NCBI GenBank assembly: GCA_035627515.1
Contig: DASPLQ010000012.1
Span: 455,269-519,268, forward strand
Direction: 5' to 3'
Length of the DNA stretch: 64,000 nt
Origin: Vitreimonas sp.
GTDB taxonomy: Bacteria > Patescibacteriota > Microgenomatia > UBA1400 > PJMF01
Each line of letters opens with the position of its first letter. Position 1 is the first letter of the stretch. The notes beneath the pieces are model-generated. The model saw nothing but the letters and a program-made list of their open reading frames with translations. It ran no database searches and was not told the origin of the DNA. Positions 56,080-64,000 of this stretch are shown here, piece by piece. The translations under genes were made by a program, and so were the position numbers.

Positions 56080-58095
56080 TTGATGCACAAAGTGCAGTCT
56101 ACACCACTGGTGGGTCTGCCACAGCAAAAGGGCTGGTCCCAAGTTTTAACTAAGAATGATCCTCAGGTCGTATATGTAGTGGCCATTCAAGGGGTTAATG
56201 CTAGCAATGTCGGACGAGACGTCATTGATACTTTATCTCAAGCCCAGTTAGACACTCCCGTTGATTTTCATACCGTCGTGACGCAAGTATTAGGCGAAGT
56301 CCGCCACAAAGATTGCCAATTACAGCTAGCAGCGGGTTACTTTACCGATGATAAAAGCTTTTTCTTAGCCGTAAATGGCAGTGTATTGTTAAAACGTGCT
56401 ATCAAAGTTGCTGAGTTGGTGGTGTCGAGTGGGGAAGTTAAGTTGATTCAAGGTCGCCGCCAGCCAGATGATGTAGTGGTGTTACTGACTGATCAAGCTC
56501 GCTCCTTCAACGAAGAAATTATTCAGAAATTTTCACAAGGGTATGACGTCGATACGGTCATTACTTCGATGGTGCCTCGTTTACATGGTCAGGCTGATTC
56601 GTCTTTGAGTGCGATTGCCTTTATTAGCGCTGCTCCGGAACTGGCTTCGGTGGCTGCTGAACCGGCTCCTGAAGCTAAGATCACTCTAGAAGAGTTGGTG
56701 GCTACTCCCGATGAGCCAGAAACCGATGCTTTATCTCTCAGCGAGTTAACCTCACCCACCCCGGTGGTCAGTCCCAGCTTCGATTCTACTCCAGTCACAC
56801 CGACTCCGAGTTTGTTGCGACCTCTTGAGTCTTCGGGGCAACTGGCACCTGCCGTGCCGGTGACTACCCGATTAAAAACAGCTAGTCTGGGTTTATTTTC
56901 TCGTCTCCAGCACTTCAAACAACCTAGTTTCTTAAGTGGTGGCGTAGCTCGTTACAATCCGTTTTCTCGAGATGTATATGTTGATCGTGATTCACGACGC
57001 AAAGCCGTACGCTGGCTATTGCCGGTAGTGATTGGTTTGGTAGTGGTGGGGTTGGGGATCATGATTTATCGATCTAGAATTCAGCAACAAGTCCAAGCCT
57101 TAGATGAAACAATTGCCCCATTTAAAGCATCAATTGCTGAAGCTCGCCAACAAGTTGATCAAAATCCGCTGCAAGCACGTGAGCGAGTAGCCACTGCCAT
57201 CACGCAAATGGAAGCAGCCCGGACCACGTTTGCTGGCCAAAGTTATGCTTTAAAAAAGCTGGAAACCGAGTTGAGCGCTGCGCAGCAGGTGTATCAGGAG
57301 ATCTCAGGCAAAGAGGAGCTCAATGAGTTACCCACTTTTTATGATCTGCGCTATGCCCAAACTGAGTTTGTGACGAGTACAGCGGTGGGGAAAGCTAAGC
57401 GCGGCTTGTTTGTGGATGCAGAAAAAGGTCGAGTCATTAGTTTAAATCTCGAGAACCAGCAATTTCAACTTTTTGAACCTGGTGCCCAACCCCGAATCCA
57501 GGATGTGTCCCTGTATGACGATCGGATCTGGATGTTGGGAGGAGGTTTGCGGAGTGTATCGGTGGTGGGCACGGCTTCAGCCACCGTGGTTAAAGAAGAA
57601 GGTGAGTCCAATCGAGCAGGACAATTTATCGAACTTTACAATCGCTATATTTATATTTTTAATCCTGAGAAGCGAAATATTTACCGATACGCACCCACTG
57701 CCGATGGCTATACCGACCCCATTGGCTGGCTGACCTCCTCCCAAGGTTTGGATTTCGCTCAAGTCACTTCGCTATCGATCGATGGAGATATTTGGTTAGG
57801 AACTAAGACAGGCGAAATCAAGAAATTTACCACTGGGCGGCCAGCTGAGTTTACGCTCAAAGGGATGACTGAACCGTTTGATTCTTCGATCATAGTGTAT
57901 ACCAGCGAAGAGCTGCAGAATCTGTACGTTTTAGAACCCAATAAACAGCGGGTGGTGATTTTGAGTAAAACAGGGGAGTTTCTGCGCGAGGTCCGCAGTG
58001 TCTCCTTGGCGTCGGCAACGGGCTTGATTGCTGACGAACAACTCCAGCGCATTTTTCCAGTCAGTGGTTCGATTATTTTCCAGATCCCTCTCTAG
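56080..58095 (+). CDS. Hypothetical 671-aa protein with a central TM helix.
   Basis: N-terminal soluble domain of about 200 aa, low-complexity P/S/T linker, TM LLPVVIGLVVVGLGIMIY, coiled-coil and a beta-rich C-terminal domain. No motif recognised. Confidence 0.4.
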   Translation: MMHKVQSTPLVGLPQQKGWSQVLTKNDPQVVYVVAIQGVNASNVGRDVIDTLSQAQLDTPVDFHTVVTQVLGEVRHKDCQLQLAAGYFTDDKSFFLAVNGSVLLKRAIKVAELVVSSGEVKLIQGRRQPDDVVVLLTDQARSFNEEIIQKFSQGYDVDTVITSMVPRLHGQADSSLSAIAFISAAPELASVAAEPAPEAKITLEELVATPDEPETDALSLSELTSPTPVVSPSFDSTPVTPTPSLLRPLESSGQLAPAVPVTTRLKTASLGLFSRLQHFKQPSFLSGGVARYNPFSRDVYVDRDSRRKAVRWLLPVVIGLVVVGLGIMIYRSRIQQQVQALDETIAPFKASIAEARQQVDQNPLQARERVATAITQMEAARTTFAGQSYALKKLETELSAAQQVYQEISGKEELNELPTFYDLRYAQTEFVTSTAVGKAKRGLFVDAEKGRVISLNLENQQFQLFEPGAQPRIQDVSLYDDRIWMLGGGLRSVSVVGTASATVVKEEGESNRAGQFIELYNRYIYIFNPEKRNIYRYAPTADGYTDPIGWLTSSQGLDFAQVTSLSIDGDIWLGTKTGEIKKFTTGRPAEFTLKGMTEPFDSSIIVYTSEELQNLYVLEPNKQRVVILSKTGEFLREVRSVSLASATGLIADEQLQRIFPVSGSIIFQIPL

Positions 58096-58112
58096 GGGGT
58101 ATACTACACCCC

Positions 58113-58565
58113 ATGCTCTTGTTGTTGAATAAAAAAGCTCGTTTTGATTACACCATCGCCCAGACCTATCAGGCGGGGGTGATTTTGACGGGTGGAGAGG
58201 TCAAAAGCTTGCGCAACAAAAGTGGCAGTTTGACCGGCAGCTTTGTCAAAGTCATTGGTGACGAGTTATTTTTACTAAACGCCCAAATCACCCCTTATAA
58301 ATTTGCTGATACGCGGGAGTATGACCCTAAACGGACGAGGAAGTTATTGCTGAAGCGTAAAGAAATTATCCAACTCAAGGAGTGGAGTGAACAAAAAGGT
58401 GCGGTCTTAGTGCCGTTATCATTTGAGGTAGCTGGCAGGAATATTAAGTTAACTCTGGGGGTAGGTCGGGGCAAAAAGCAGTTCGAAAAACGCGCTGAAC
58501 TGCGACGCAAAGACGTAGAACGAGATGTGCAGCGGGAGATGAAGGGGAAGATTAGGGTGCGGTAG
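58113..58565 (+). CDS. smpB: SsrA-binding protein.
   Basis: YTIAQTYQAGVILTGGEVKSLR...KFADTREYDPKRTRKLLLKRKEI...GKKQFEKRAELRRKDVERDVQRE. Confidence 0.85.
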   Translation: MLLLLNKKARFDYTIAQTYQAGVILTGGEVKSLRNKSGSLTGSFVKVIGDELFLLNAQITPYKFADTREYDPKRTRKLLLKRKEIIQLKEWSEQKGAVLVPLSFEVAGRNIKLTLGVGRGKKQFEKRAELRRKDVERDVQREMKGKIRVR

Positions 58566-58705
58566 TTCCATGGTCGTTAAAGTGTTTCGCAAAATGGCTT
58601 TCTCTGTAAGGTGTTTTGGTTTTTTGCGGCATATAGTTTTTTGATTTATAGGTTGGTGGAGGTATGTCGTTGGGCGGTCTCCAAAAGCTGGTGGCATAAA
58701 TAGTG

Positions 58706-58730
58706 CACGATTGTGGCACAAATATGCCAC
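58706..58730 (+). promoter_or_regulatory. Second copy of the 25-nt GTGGCA-N7-TGCCAC element.
   Basis: Identical to 42323-42347. Confidence 0.45.
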
Positions 58731-58875
58731 TGTAAAAAGGGGTGTCTGGAGGAAGGGTAGCCAACGAGTATGGAGAAGTGAAAATAACGGGACCTTTTTG
58801 GCGCCTCGTTATTATCTCCTTAAAGGTATAACTTCTTGTCGGTAAGCTCTCATAATGACAATCACTACAAAAGTT

Positions 58876-59010
58876 CCCCTGGACACACGTCATTACAGTC
58901 AAAACGTACATTTTGCACACAGTCCAGGCTAGCTTTTATACACATACCACCAGCCACGATAAAGCACCTCTCTCTTGATTGTGCGGATATTAACAAAAAC
59001 CGCACAACCA
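58876..59010 (+). repeat. Copy C of the structured intergenic module, immediately upstream of the J-domain gene.
   Basis: Stem-loop cctgg-acacacgtcattacagtcaaaacgtacattttgcacacagt-ccagg (58877-58927). Box ccaccagccacgataaagcacctctctcttg. Perfect palindrome TTGTGCGGatattaacaaaaaCCGCACAA (58979-59007). Confidence 0.6.
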
Positions 59011-59043
59011 CAAAAACCTCATCAAAATTGACATGGTAAGATA

Positions 59044-59403
59044 ATGTTTATGAATAGGGAAAATCCTTTTAAAGGTATAAGTGCCGATACAGATTATTAT
59101 GCGGTGTTAGGAGTCTCTCCTGATGCGGATGCTAAGGGGATAAAAAATGCTTTCCGTGAAAAAGCTCGCGAAACGCATCCTGATGTTAATCCAAGTTCAA
59201 GTGATGCTACGAGCAGGTTTCAACAAGTCAATGAAGCGTATGAAGTTCTTTCTGATGCCCAGAAGCGTCGGCAGTATGATCAATTGAGAGTGTCTAAAAT
59301 TGATTACCAGCTCAACCTTCTAAATCACGTCGCCATTCCCAACCAGCCACAGGTCAACCTAGTTCCACAGAACCTAAAAAAGCTGCTGAGTCACCAGAAG
59401 TAG
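59044..59403 (+). CDS. J-domain (DnaJ-like) protein.
   Basis: DYYAVLGVSPDADAKGIKNAFREKARETHPDVNP...FQQVNEAYEVLSDAQKRRQYD, with the HPD motif. Only 119 aa, with no Gly/Phe or zinc-finger regions. Confidence 0.8.
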   Translation: MFMNRENPFKGISADTDYYAVLGVSPDADAKGIKNAFREKARETHPDVNPSSSDATSRFQQVNEAYEVLSDAQKRRQYDQLRVSKIDYQLNLLNHVAIPNQPQVNLVPQNLKKLLSHQK

Positions 59404-59468
59404 ATAATTTTAAGAAACATCGAGAGTTCTTAGTCAGTTTAGAGCTGTCACTTAAAAATGCCAAAAAT

Positions 59469-59771
59469 TTGAAAGAAGTTTTAAGTATAGTGCATGGGAT
59501 TCATGAGAGACTATGGACAACAAATGCTGCTGACCGGCAATTTTTACAAGAGCTTGGTCAACTGGACAAAACGTTTAGTTCTCTAAATGTTGACCGAGTG
59601 CATATCGAAAATTATCGATTAGCCAGGAAATATATTTTTGATAACGGCACAATTGGCAGACCCATGAGTGGAACACACGAGCTGGATAAACTAGCTGAAA
59701 AAATCACATATAAACCTCTCCATGACCGAATCCTGGAAATGTACCAGATAGTAGCTGCTTCGATGAAGTAA
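59469..59771 (+). CDS. Hypothetical protein.
   Basis: ORF only. 100 aa. Confidence 0.3.
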   Translation: MKEVLSIVHGIHERLWTTNAADRQFLQELGQLDKTFSSLNVDRVHIENYRLARKYIFDNGTIGRPMSGTHELDKLAEKITYKPLHDRILEMYQIVAASMK

Positions 59772-59842
59772 CCCATGCTATAGTCTGGACTGAAACTCAG
59801 TTTTGGTGTTTAATAATACCTATCCGCCGTAGTGTTAGTCGC

Positions 59843-60127
59843 GTGCGAGGTAAAACAAAAATACAAAGGAATCTGCCTATGCCTAAAAGAGTTTTTTGGC
59901 CAGTCGCCCTGATCGTAATGGGTTTAATCTTTTTAGCTTCAAACTTACGATTACTCCCTGATCAATTTTGGAATTTATGGCCGTTAATTTTAATTGTGGT
60001 AGGTTTGGGTGGTTTAGTAACCTCTGATCGTGAGGATTGGGATGTGATGAAAGAAATGAGATCTACCCGCCGGCCTGCTACCAAAGCTGCCTCCAAAACA
60101 CCGGCTAAAAAAGCCAAACGCAAGTAA
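59843..60127 (+). CDS. Small membrane protein with a Lys-rich C-terminal tail.
   Basis: Two TM helices (FWPVALIVMGLIFLASNL and LWPLILIVVGLGGLV) followed by KAASKTPAKKAKRK. Confidence 0.4.
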   Translation: MRGKTKIQRNLPMPKRVFWPVALIVMGLIFLASNLRLLPDQFWNLWPLILIVVGLGGLVTSDREDWDVMKEMRSTRRPATKAASKTPAKKAKRK

Positions 60128-60150
60128 TAGCCAGATTTAGAAGGATATCT

Positions 60151-60837
60151 ATGTCGTTTCACATTGCTATTGATGGGCCGGTTGCGGCTGGAAAAGGAAC
60201 TGTTTCCAAGCTCGTTGCCGAGCGTTTAGGCTTTGTGTACATCGACACCGGAGCCATGTACCGTATGACGGCATATTTGGCCAAACAAGAAGGAGTAGCT
60301 TGGGAAGATGAGCTTGGGTTAGCGAAGATGGTAGCCGCCGCCGAAATGGATATGCGTGCTCCCGTCGATGAGGAAAGAGATGGCCGCTTGTCGACGCAGT
60401 TACTCAATGGCGATGACGTGTCATGGAAAATCCGCACCGAAGAAATAGGGACTGGAGCCTCACAGGTTGCTCAGCTGAGTGCTGTTCGCGCCGAGTTAGT
60501 TAAGAAGCAACAACAAATTGCCGTGGGCAAAGACGTAGTCATGGAAGGCCGGGACATTACGTACCGTGTTTTGCCAGGCGCCCAACTCAAAATTTATTTA
60601 ACCGCTTCCGATATTGTCCGGGCCAAACGCCGACACCTGCAGCTACAGACCAAGGGTGAAGATGTGTCTTTGGAGACTGTGTATGCCGAATTGGTGGAGC
60701 GTGACAAACGCGATATGGAGCGAAGCGTGGATCCTTTACAGATTGTAGAAGGGGCGTGGGTAGTCGACACCAGTGATTTAAATATTGATGAAGCTGTAGA
60801 GTTAATTGTGGCTCGCACCAAAGCGCTCAAAGGGTAA
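60151..60837 (+). CDS. cmk: Cytidylate kinase.
   Basis: IAIDGPVAAGKGTVSKLVAERLGFVYIDTGAMYR. P-loop and the CMP-binding region. Confidence 0.85.
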   Translation: MSFHIAIDGPVAAGKGTVSKLVAERLGFVYIDTGAMYRMTAYLAKQEGVAWEDELGLAKMVAAAEMDMRAPVDEERDGRLSTQLLNGDDVSWKIRTEEIGTGASQVAQLSAVRAELVKKQQQIAVGKDVVMEGRDITYRVLPGAQLKIYLTASDIVRAKRRHLQLQTKGEDVSLETVYAELVERDKRDMERSVDPLQIVEGAWVVDTSDLNIDEAVELIVARTKALKG

Positions 60838-60847
60838 CAGTTGCGAT

Positions 60848-61066
60848 ATGCCAAAAAATGTAACTTTAGCTGAACTTGAAGCTGCCGAAGAACGGGCGCA
60901 AGAAATTGAAGATGAAAGAGAAGCTAAAAAAGCTGAACGCGAAGAAAAAAAGCGTCTCAAAGAACTCAAGAAAAAACGAGAAGCTCAAGAAAAATTGGTA
61001 GCACCCTTTTTATTATTCCTCTCAATTGTTGTTTCCTTGGTCTTGTATATAATCTACGGCAGATGA
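60848..61066 (+). CDS. Small Lys/Glu-rich protein with a C-terminal TM. Start taken at the internal Met; the ORF track gives 60806, which overlaps cmk.
   Basis: MPKNVTLAELEAAEERAQEIEDEREAKKAEREEKKRLKELKKKREAQEKL, then the hydrophobic tail APFLLFLSIVVSLVLYIIYG. Confidence 0.35.
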   Translation: MPKNVTLAELEAAEERAQEIEDEREAKKAEREEKKRLKELKKKREAQEKLVAPFLLFLSIVVSLVLYIIYGR

Positions 61067-61599
61067 AGCGCACCAAGATAGCTCCCTCGATTATTATTAG
61101 TGTTATAGCCTTAGGAGTGGTGACGGGCTTATGGTTGAACTCGACAAGTAATTCACAAAATCCAGCTACTGAACTGAATCTCACCCAAGAAACATCACGA
61201 CAGCTGACACCTGATCTTGCCATAGGGCCCGAACGAGTGGTGAGTTTCACGAGCATCGCTTTGCCCAGTACTGCTTCAGTCAGTGCTGCTGTAGAACAGC
61301 ATGGTCACGACACCTTAGTTCTTTATAAATTGAGTATGCCCACCCTGCAGGTAGAGCCGTATCTCAAAGAACTGCGCGGACCCGCTCAAGCCTTACAAGG
61401 AGTGGGTTGGGAACGTCACATTGAGGACAATTTCGATGACTCACCGTTAGCTGAGCAGTACGAATGGTGGAATGTGCGTGAGTATGAGCACGCTCGCAAA
61501 ACTACTTTCAGCAATCAAGAACTCAATCGCCACTATCGCGCTTACTGGGTGGAAGAAGGCGAACACAGCTGGCTGTTTGTGGAAGTCCACAATACTTAA
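61063..61599 (+). CDS. Hypothetical anchored protein.
   Basis: N-terminal TM IAPSIIISVIALGVVTGLWL. 178 aa. Confidence 0.35.
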   Translation: MKRTKIAPSIIISVIALGVVTGLWLNSTSNSQNPATELNLTQETSRQLTPDLAIGPERVVSFTSIALPSTASVSAAVEQHGHDTLVLYKLSMPTLQVEPYLKELRGPAQALQGVGWERHIEDNFDDSPLAEQYEWWNVREYEHARKTTFSNQELNRHYRAYWVEEGEHSWLFVEVHNT

Positions 61600-63992
61600 A
61601 TACTTTGACCTTGGAGAATTTGATCACGATTAGCATCAGTTGGCTGAGGAGAGGCTTTGGGTCGCGGGGCAAACTGAGCCGGATTACAAGCTTGAGTTGG
61701 TTGGGTGCCAGGTGTGAAGTACTCATCGCGCACAGCTGGGCAGCCGCGGCAAGGTAATGTGCCGGTACGGGCACAGATCTGAACTTTAATTAAGCCCTCA
61801 GGTGTGCCAAATGTGTGAGGATTTTTATCATCCAGTAATAAACGCATGATGTAGTTCCAAATTGGTGAGGCACCAGTTACACCAGAAGCTACATAACTCA
61901 TCGAGGTATTGTCATTATTGCCGACCCACACTGCCACTAAGCGGTCAGTAGTGTAGCCAAAGGTCCAGTTATCGCGCAGATTATTGGTCGTGCCAGTTTT
62001 GACGGCTACTTCCTGGCCCGGAATATGCAGCACCGAGCGAGCACCAAACGCTGGAATTCGAGCGTTATTATCTTTCAAAACATCTGTGATTTGGTAAGCT
62101 ACGCGAGTATCAAGGGTTTTGCGCTTAGGGCAACCTTCTTGTGCGATGGCGCAGTCGTTAGTATATAATGTCTCACCTTTGGAGTTTTTGACTTCCATAA
62201 TCGGATTGATATCAGTGGTGTATCCTTGATTAGCAAAGGTGCCATAGACTTTAGCTAAGTCGAGCATTAACACTTCGCCACCACCCAATGTCAGTGATAA
62301 GCCGAAGCGTTGGCGGTCTTGCCAGGTGGTAATACCCATTTCTTGACCTTTATCAATCACGGTATTGATGCCGGATTGAGCAAGGAGTTTGACAGCGGGA
62401 ATGTTATAAGAAGATCCCAAAGCCTCACGTAACGTCACTCTGCCATGGAACTTACCGTCATAGTTTTTAGGTGAATAGGGTTTGCTGCCAGGAATATGAT
62501 AGGTAATAGGGGCATCATCTTCTACTGAAGAAGGGTTTTTGCCCCGTTCGAAGGCCACGGCATAGGTAAGTGGCTTAATTGAAGAACCAGGCTGGCGAGG
62601 TCGTAAGACGACATTTACTTGCCCATCATGTTCAAAATCAAAGTAGTTTTTGGAACCAACCATCGCTAAGATCTCGCCGGTTTGAGGGTTGGTGACCAGG
62701 GCTGCACCGTTATTAATTCGTAAGCGGGCTAATTTATTTAACTCATCTGTGACGAGCTTTTGGACCTGTTTTTGGAGTTCCAAATCCAGGGTAGTTCGGA
62801 CTTCTAGACCACCTTCTTGAAGTAATTCTTCACCATACTGCTCTGCTAACATTTGTTTGACGTACATCACAAAGTGAGGCGCTTGAATATCGACCGTATC
62901 AGGTTTGAACTGTAAGATCTCTTGTTTGGCTTGATCAGCTTGTTCCTGAGTAATGTACTGATCTTCTACCATCCGGCGTAAGACTTCTTCTTGGCGAGCA
63001 TACGAGGCTTCAGGATTAGGTCCATAAGGGGAGTAAACTGATGGTGCTTGAGGCAAGCCAGCTAAGAGAGCGCTTTCGGCTAGTGTTAATTGACTGGCTG
63101 ATTTCCCAAAGTAACGTTGAGCAGCCTCTTCGATACCATAAGTAGAGCCACCATACGCAACTTCATTGAAGTACATTTCCAAAATTTCTTCTTTAGTATA
63201 CGTTCCGTCTACTAGTACAGACAGAACAATTTCGCGAATTTTACGACGAATGGTTTTTTCGGGAGTGAGTAAACGATTTTTCACGAGCTGCTGAGTAATA
63301 GTCGAGCCACCTTGCTCATACTCTTCACCTTCAATGTTGGCCAACATGGCCCGGGTGATACCTTTAACTGAAAAGCCATGGTGGTTGTAAAAATTCTTGT
63401 CTTCAATTGCAATGGTAGCGTTGATTAAGTGCTGAGGTAAACGCGAGAGGGGAATCAGCGTCCGGTTTTCATCTTTATAAATTCTAAACAGTAGTTGGCC
63501 GTTGCGATCCAGGATTTTGGTCGTCAACACTTGTTCTTGTTTACTAAGCTCTTTGGGATCAGGTAAGTCTTGAAAAACATAGGTGAAAAGACCATAGGCA
63601 CCACCCAAAATAAAACCAGTCACTAATAAAGATAAAAACGTTTGCCAGGGAAATTTGCGGAAGACTATGGCATAGGGTTTAAAGCTCAGCCGAATAGTTT
63701 TAAGATAGGCTTTGAAGTGTCTCAAGCCTCGGCGCTTTCGGCGGGGGGATTTGCTACTAGAGTTGCTAACATCTGGCTGAATATTAAACAGTTCATTGAT
63801 CTCAGCTCGCACTTGGGAGCGAGTGGAACTAATTTTTTCTCTGAGTGTGGGCCACCATTTGTGCCAGCGACTTTTTTGCGTAAATAAGGTGCCTGATGTT
63901 TGAGTAATAGTAATCGTTTTTTCAGATTGTTTTTTGGTGGTTTTCTTCGCGGGAGTTGCTTTTGCTTTTGGCCACTGGGGCAATGAGGGCAA
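61596..63992 (-). CDS. Class A penicillin-binding protein (bifunctional GT51 glycosyltransferase / transpeptidase, PBP1A-like). The start is near the window edge and may extend beyond it.
   Basis: GT51 motifs EDKNFYNHHGFSVKGITRA and GGSTITQQLVKN. Transpeptidase SSIK (SxxK), SYN (SxN) and KTGTT (KTG). N-terminal TM anchor. Confidence 0.85.
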   Translation of the reverse strand: MPSLPQWPKAKATPAKKTTKKQSEKTITITQTSGTLFTQKSRWHKWWPTLREKISSTRSQVRAEINELFNIQPDVSNSSSKSPRRKRRGLRHFKAYLKTIRLSFKPYAIVFRKFPWQTFLSLLVTGFILGGAYGLFTYVFQDLPDPKELSKQEQVLTTKILDRNGQLLFRIYKDENRTLIPLSRLPQHLINATIAIEDKNFYNHHGFSVKGITRAMLANIEGEEYEQGGSTITQQLVKNRLLTPEKTIRRKIREIVLSVLVDGTYTKEEILEMYFNEVAYGGSTYGIEEAAQRYFGKSASQLTLAESALLAGLPQAPSVYSPYGPNPEASYARQEEVLRRMVEDQYITQEQADQAKQEILQFKPDTVDIQAPHFVMYVKQMLAEQYGEELLQEGGLEVRTTLDLELQKQVQKLVTDELNKLARLRINNGAALVTNPQTGEILAMVGSKNYFDFEHDGQVNVVLRPRQPGSSIKPLTYAVAFERGKNPSSVEDDAPITYHIPGSKPYSPKNYDGKFHGRVTLREALGSSYNIPAVKLLAQSGINTVIDKGQEMGITTWQDRQRFGLSLTLGGGEVLMLDLAKVYGTFANQGYTTDINPIMEVKNSKGETLYTNDCAIAQEGCPKRKTLDTRVAYQITDVLKDNNARIPAFGARSVLHIPGQEVAVKTGTTNNLRDNWTFGYTTDRLVAVWVGNNDNTSMSYVASGVTGASPIWNYIMRLLLDDKNPHTFGTPEGLIKVQICARTGTLPCRGCPAVRDEYFTPGTQPTQACNPAQFAPRPKASPQPTDANRDQILQGQSI

Positions 63993-64000
63993 TTTGAAGC

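Noticed and set aside
58566-59043. Search for tmRNA (ssrA) downstream of smpB.
   Set aside because: Neither the 5' GGGG...TTCGAC acceptor nor the 3' GGTTCGA.TCC...CCACCA tRNA-like end was found on either strand by eye.

Overview
This 64-kb window looks like a chromosomal segment from a small, streamlined, Gram-positive-like bacterium with moderate GC content. Strong signals are: short-overlap operons, many N-terminal signal-anchor proteins, an ATP-dependent DNA ligase, an insertion-bearing LepA, and a tandem array of small T4SS-type (TrbC/VirB2-like) pilin paralogs. Together these are typical of Candidate Phyla Radiation (Patescibacteria), perhaps Saccharibacteria-like, using the standard genetic code. 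Housekeeping genes recognised from motifs are uppS, recF, pth, lgt, rpsT, lepA, smpB, cmk, murJ, a class A PBP, an ATP-dependent ligase and a MacAB-like efflux set. Interleaved with them are three accessory blocks. (i) At 60-13032 there are eight tandem divergent T4SS-pilin-like genes, then a large secreted protein with a VirB1-like lytic-transglycosylase C-terminus, flanked by an ECF sigma factor, two orphan receiver proteins, two histidine kinases and an anchored solute-binding protein. (ii) At 22485-37835 a Fic-domain protein and a membrane-anchored VirB4/VirD4-like T4SS ATPase are each preceded by the same period-8 AGTAA repeat, and the ATPase is followed by a translationally coupled AT-rich ORF of unknown function. 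(iii) At 42562-50345 there is a minus-strand surface block with giant Cys/Gly/Thr-rich proteins sharing a Cys module, a (SPSPSPST)n linker and PilN/PilO-like bitopic proteins. A small isoprenoid cluster (idi, NUDIX-like, isopentenyl phosphate kinase, uppS) and a thrice-repeated structured intergenic module upstream of an efflux operon, lepA and a J-domain gene are also notable. A tRNA with anticodon UAU is present. No rRNA, CRISPR array, transposase or integrase was seen. All calls rest on motif recognition by eye, and no searches were run.
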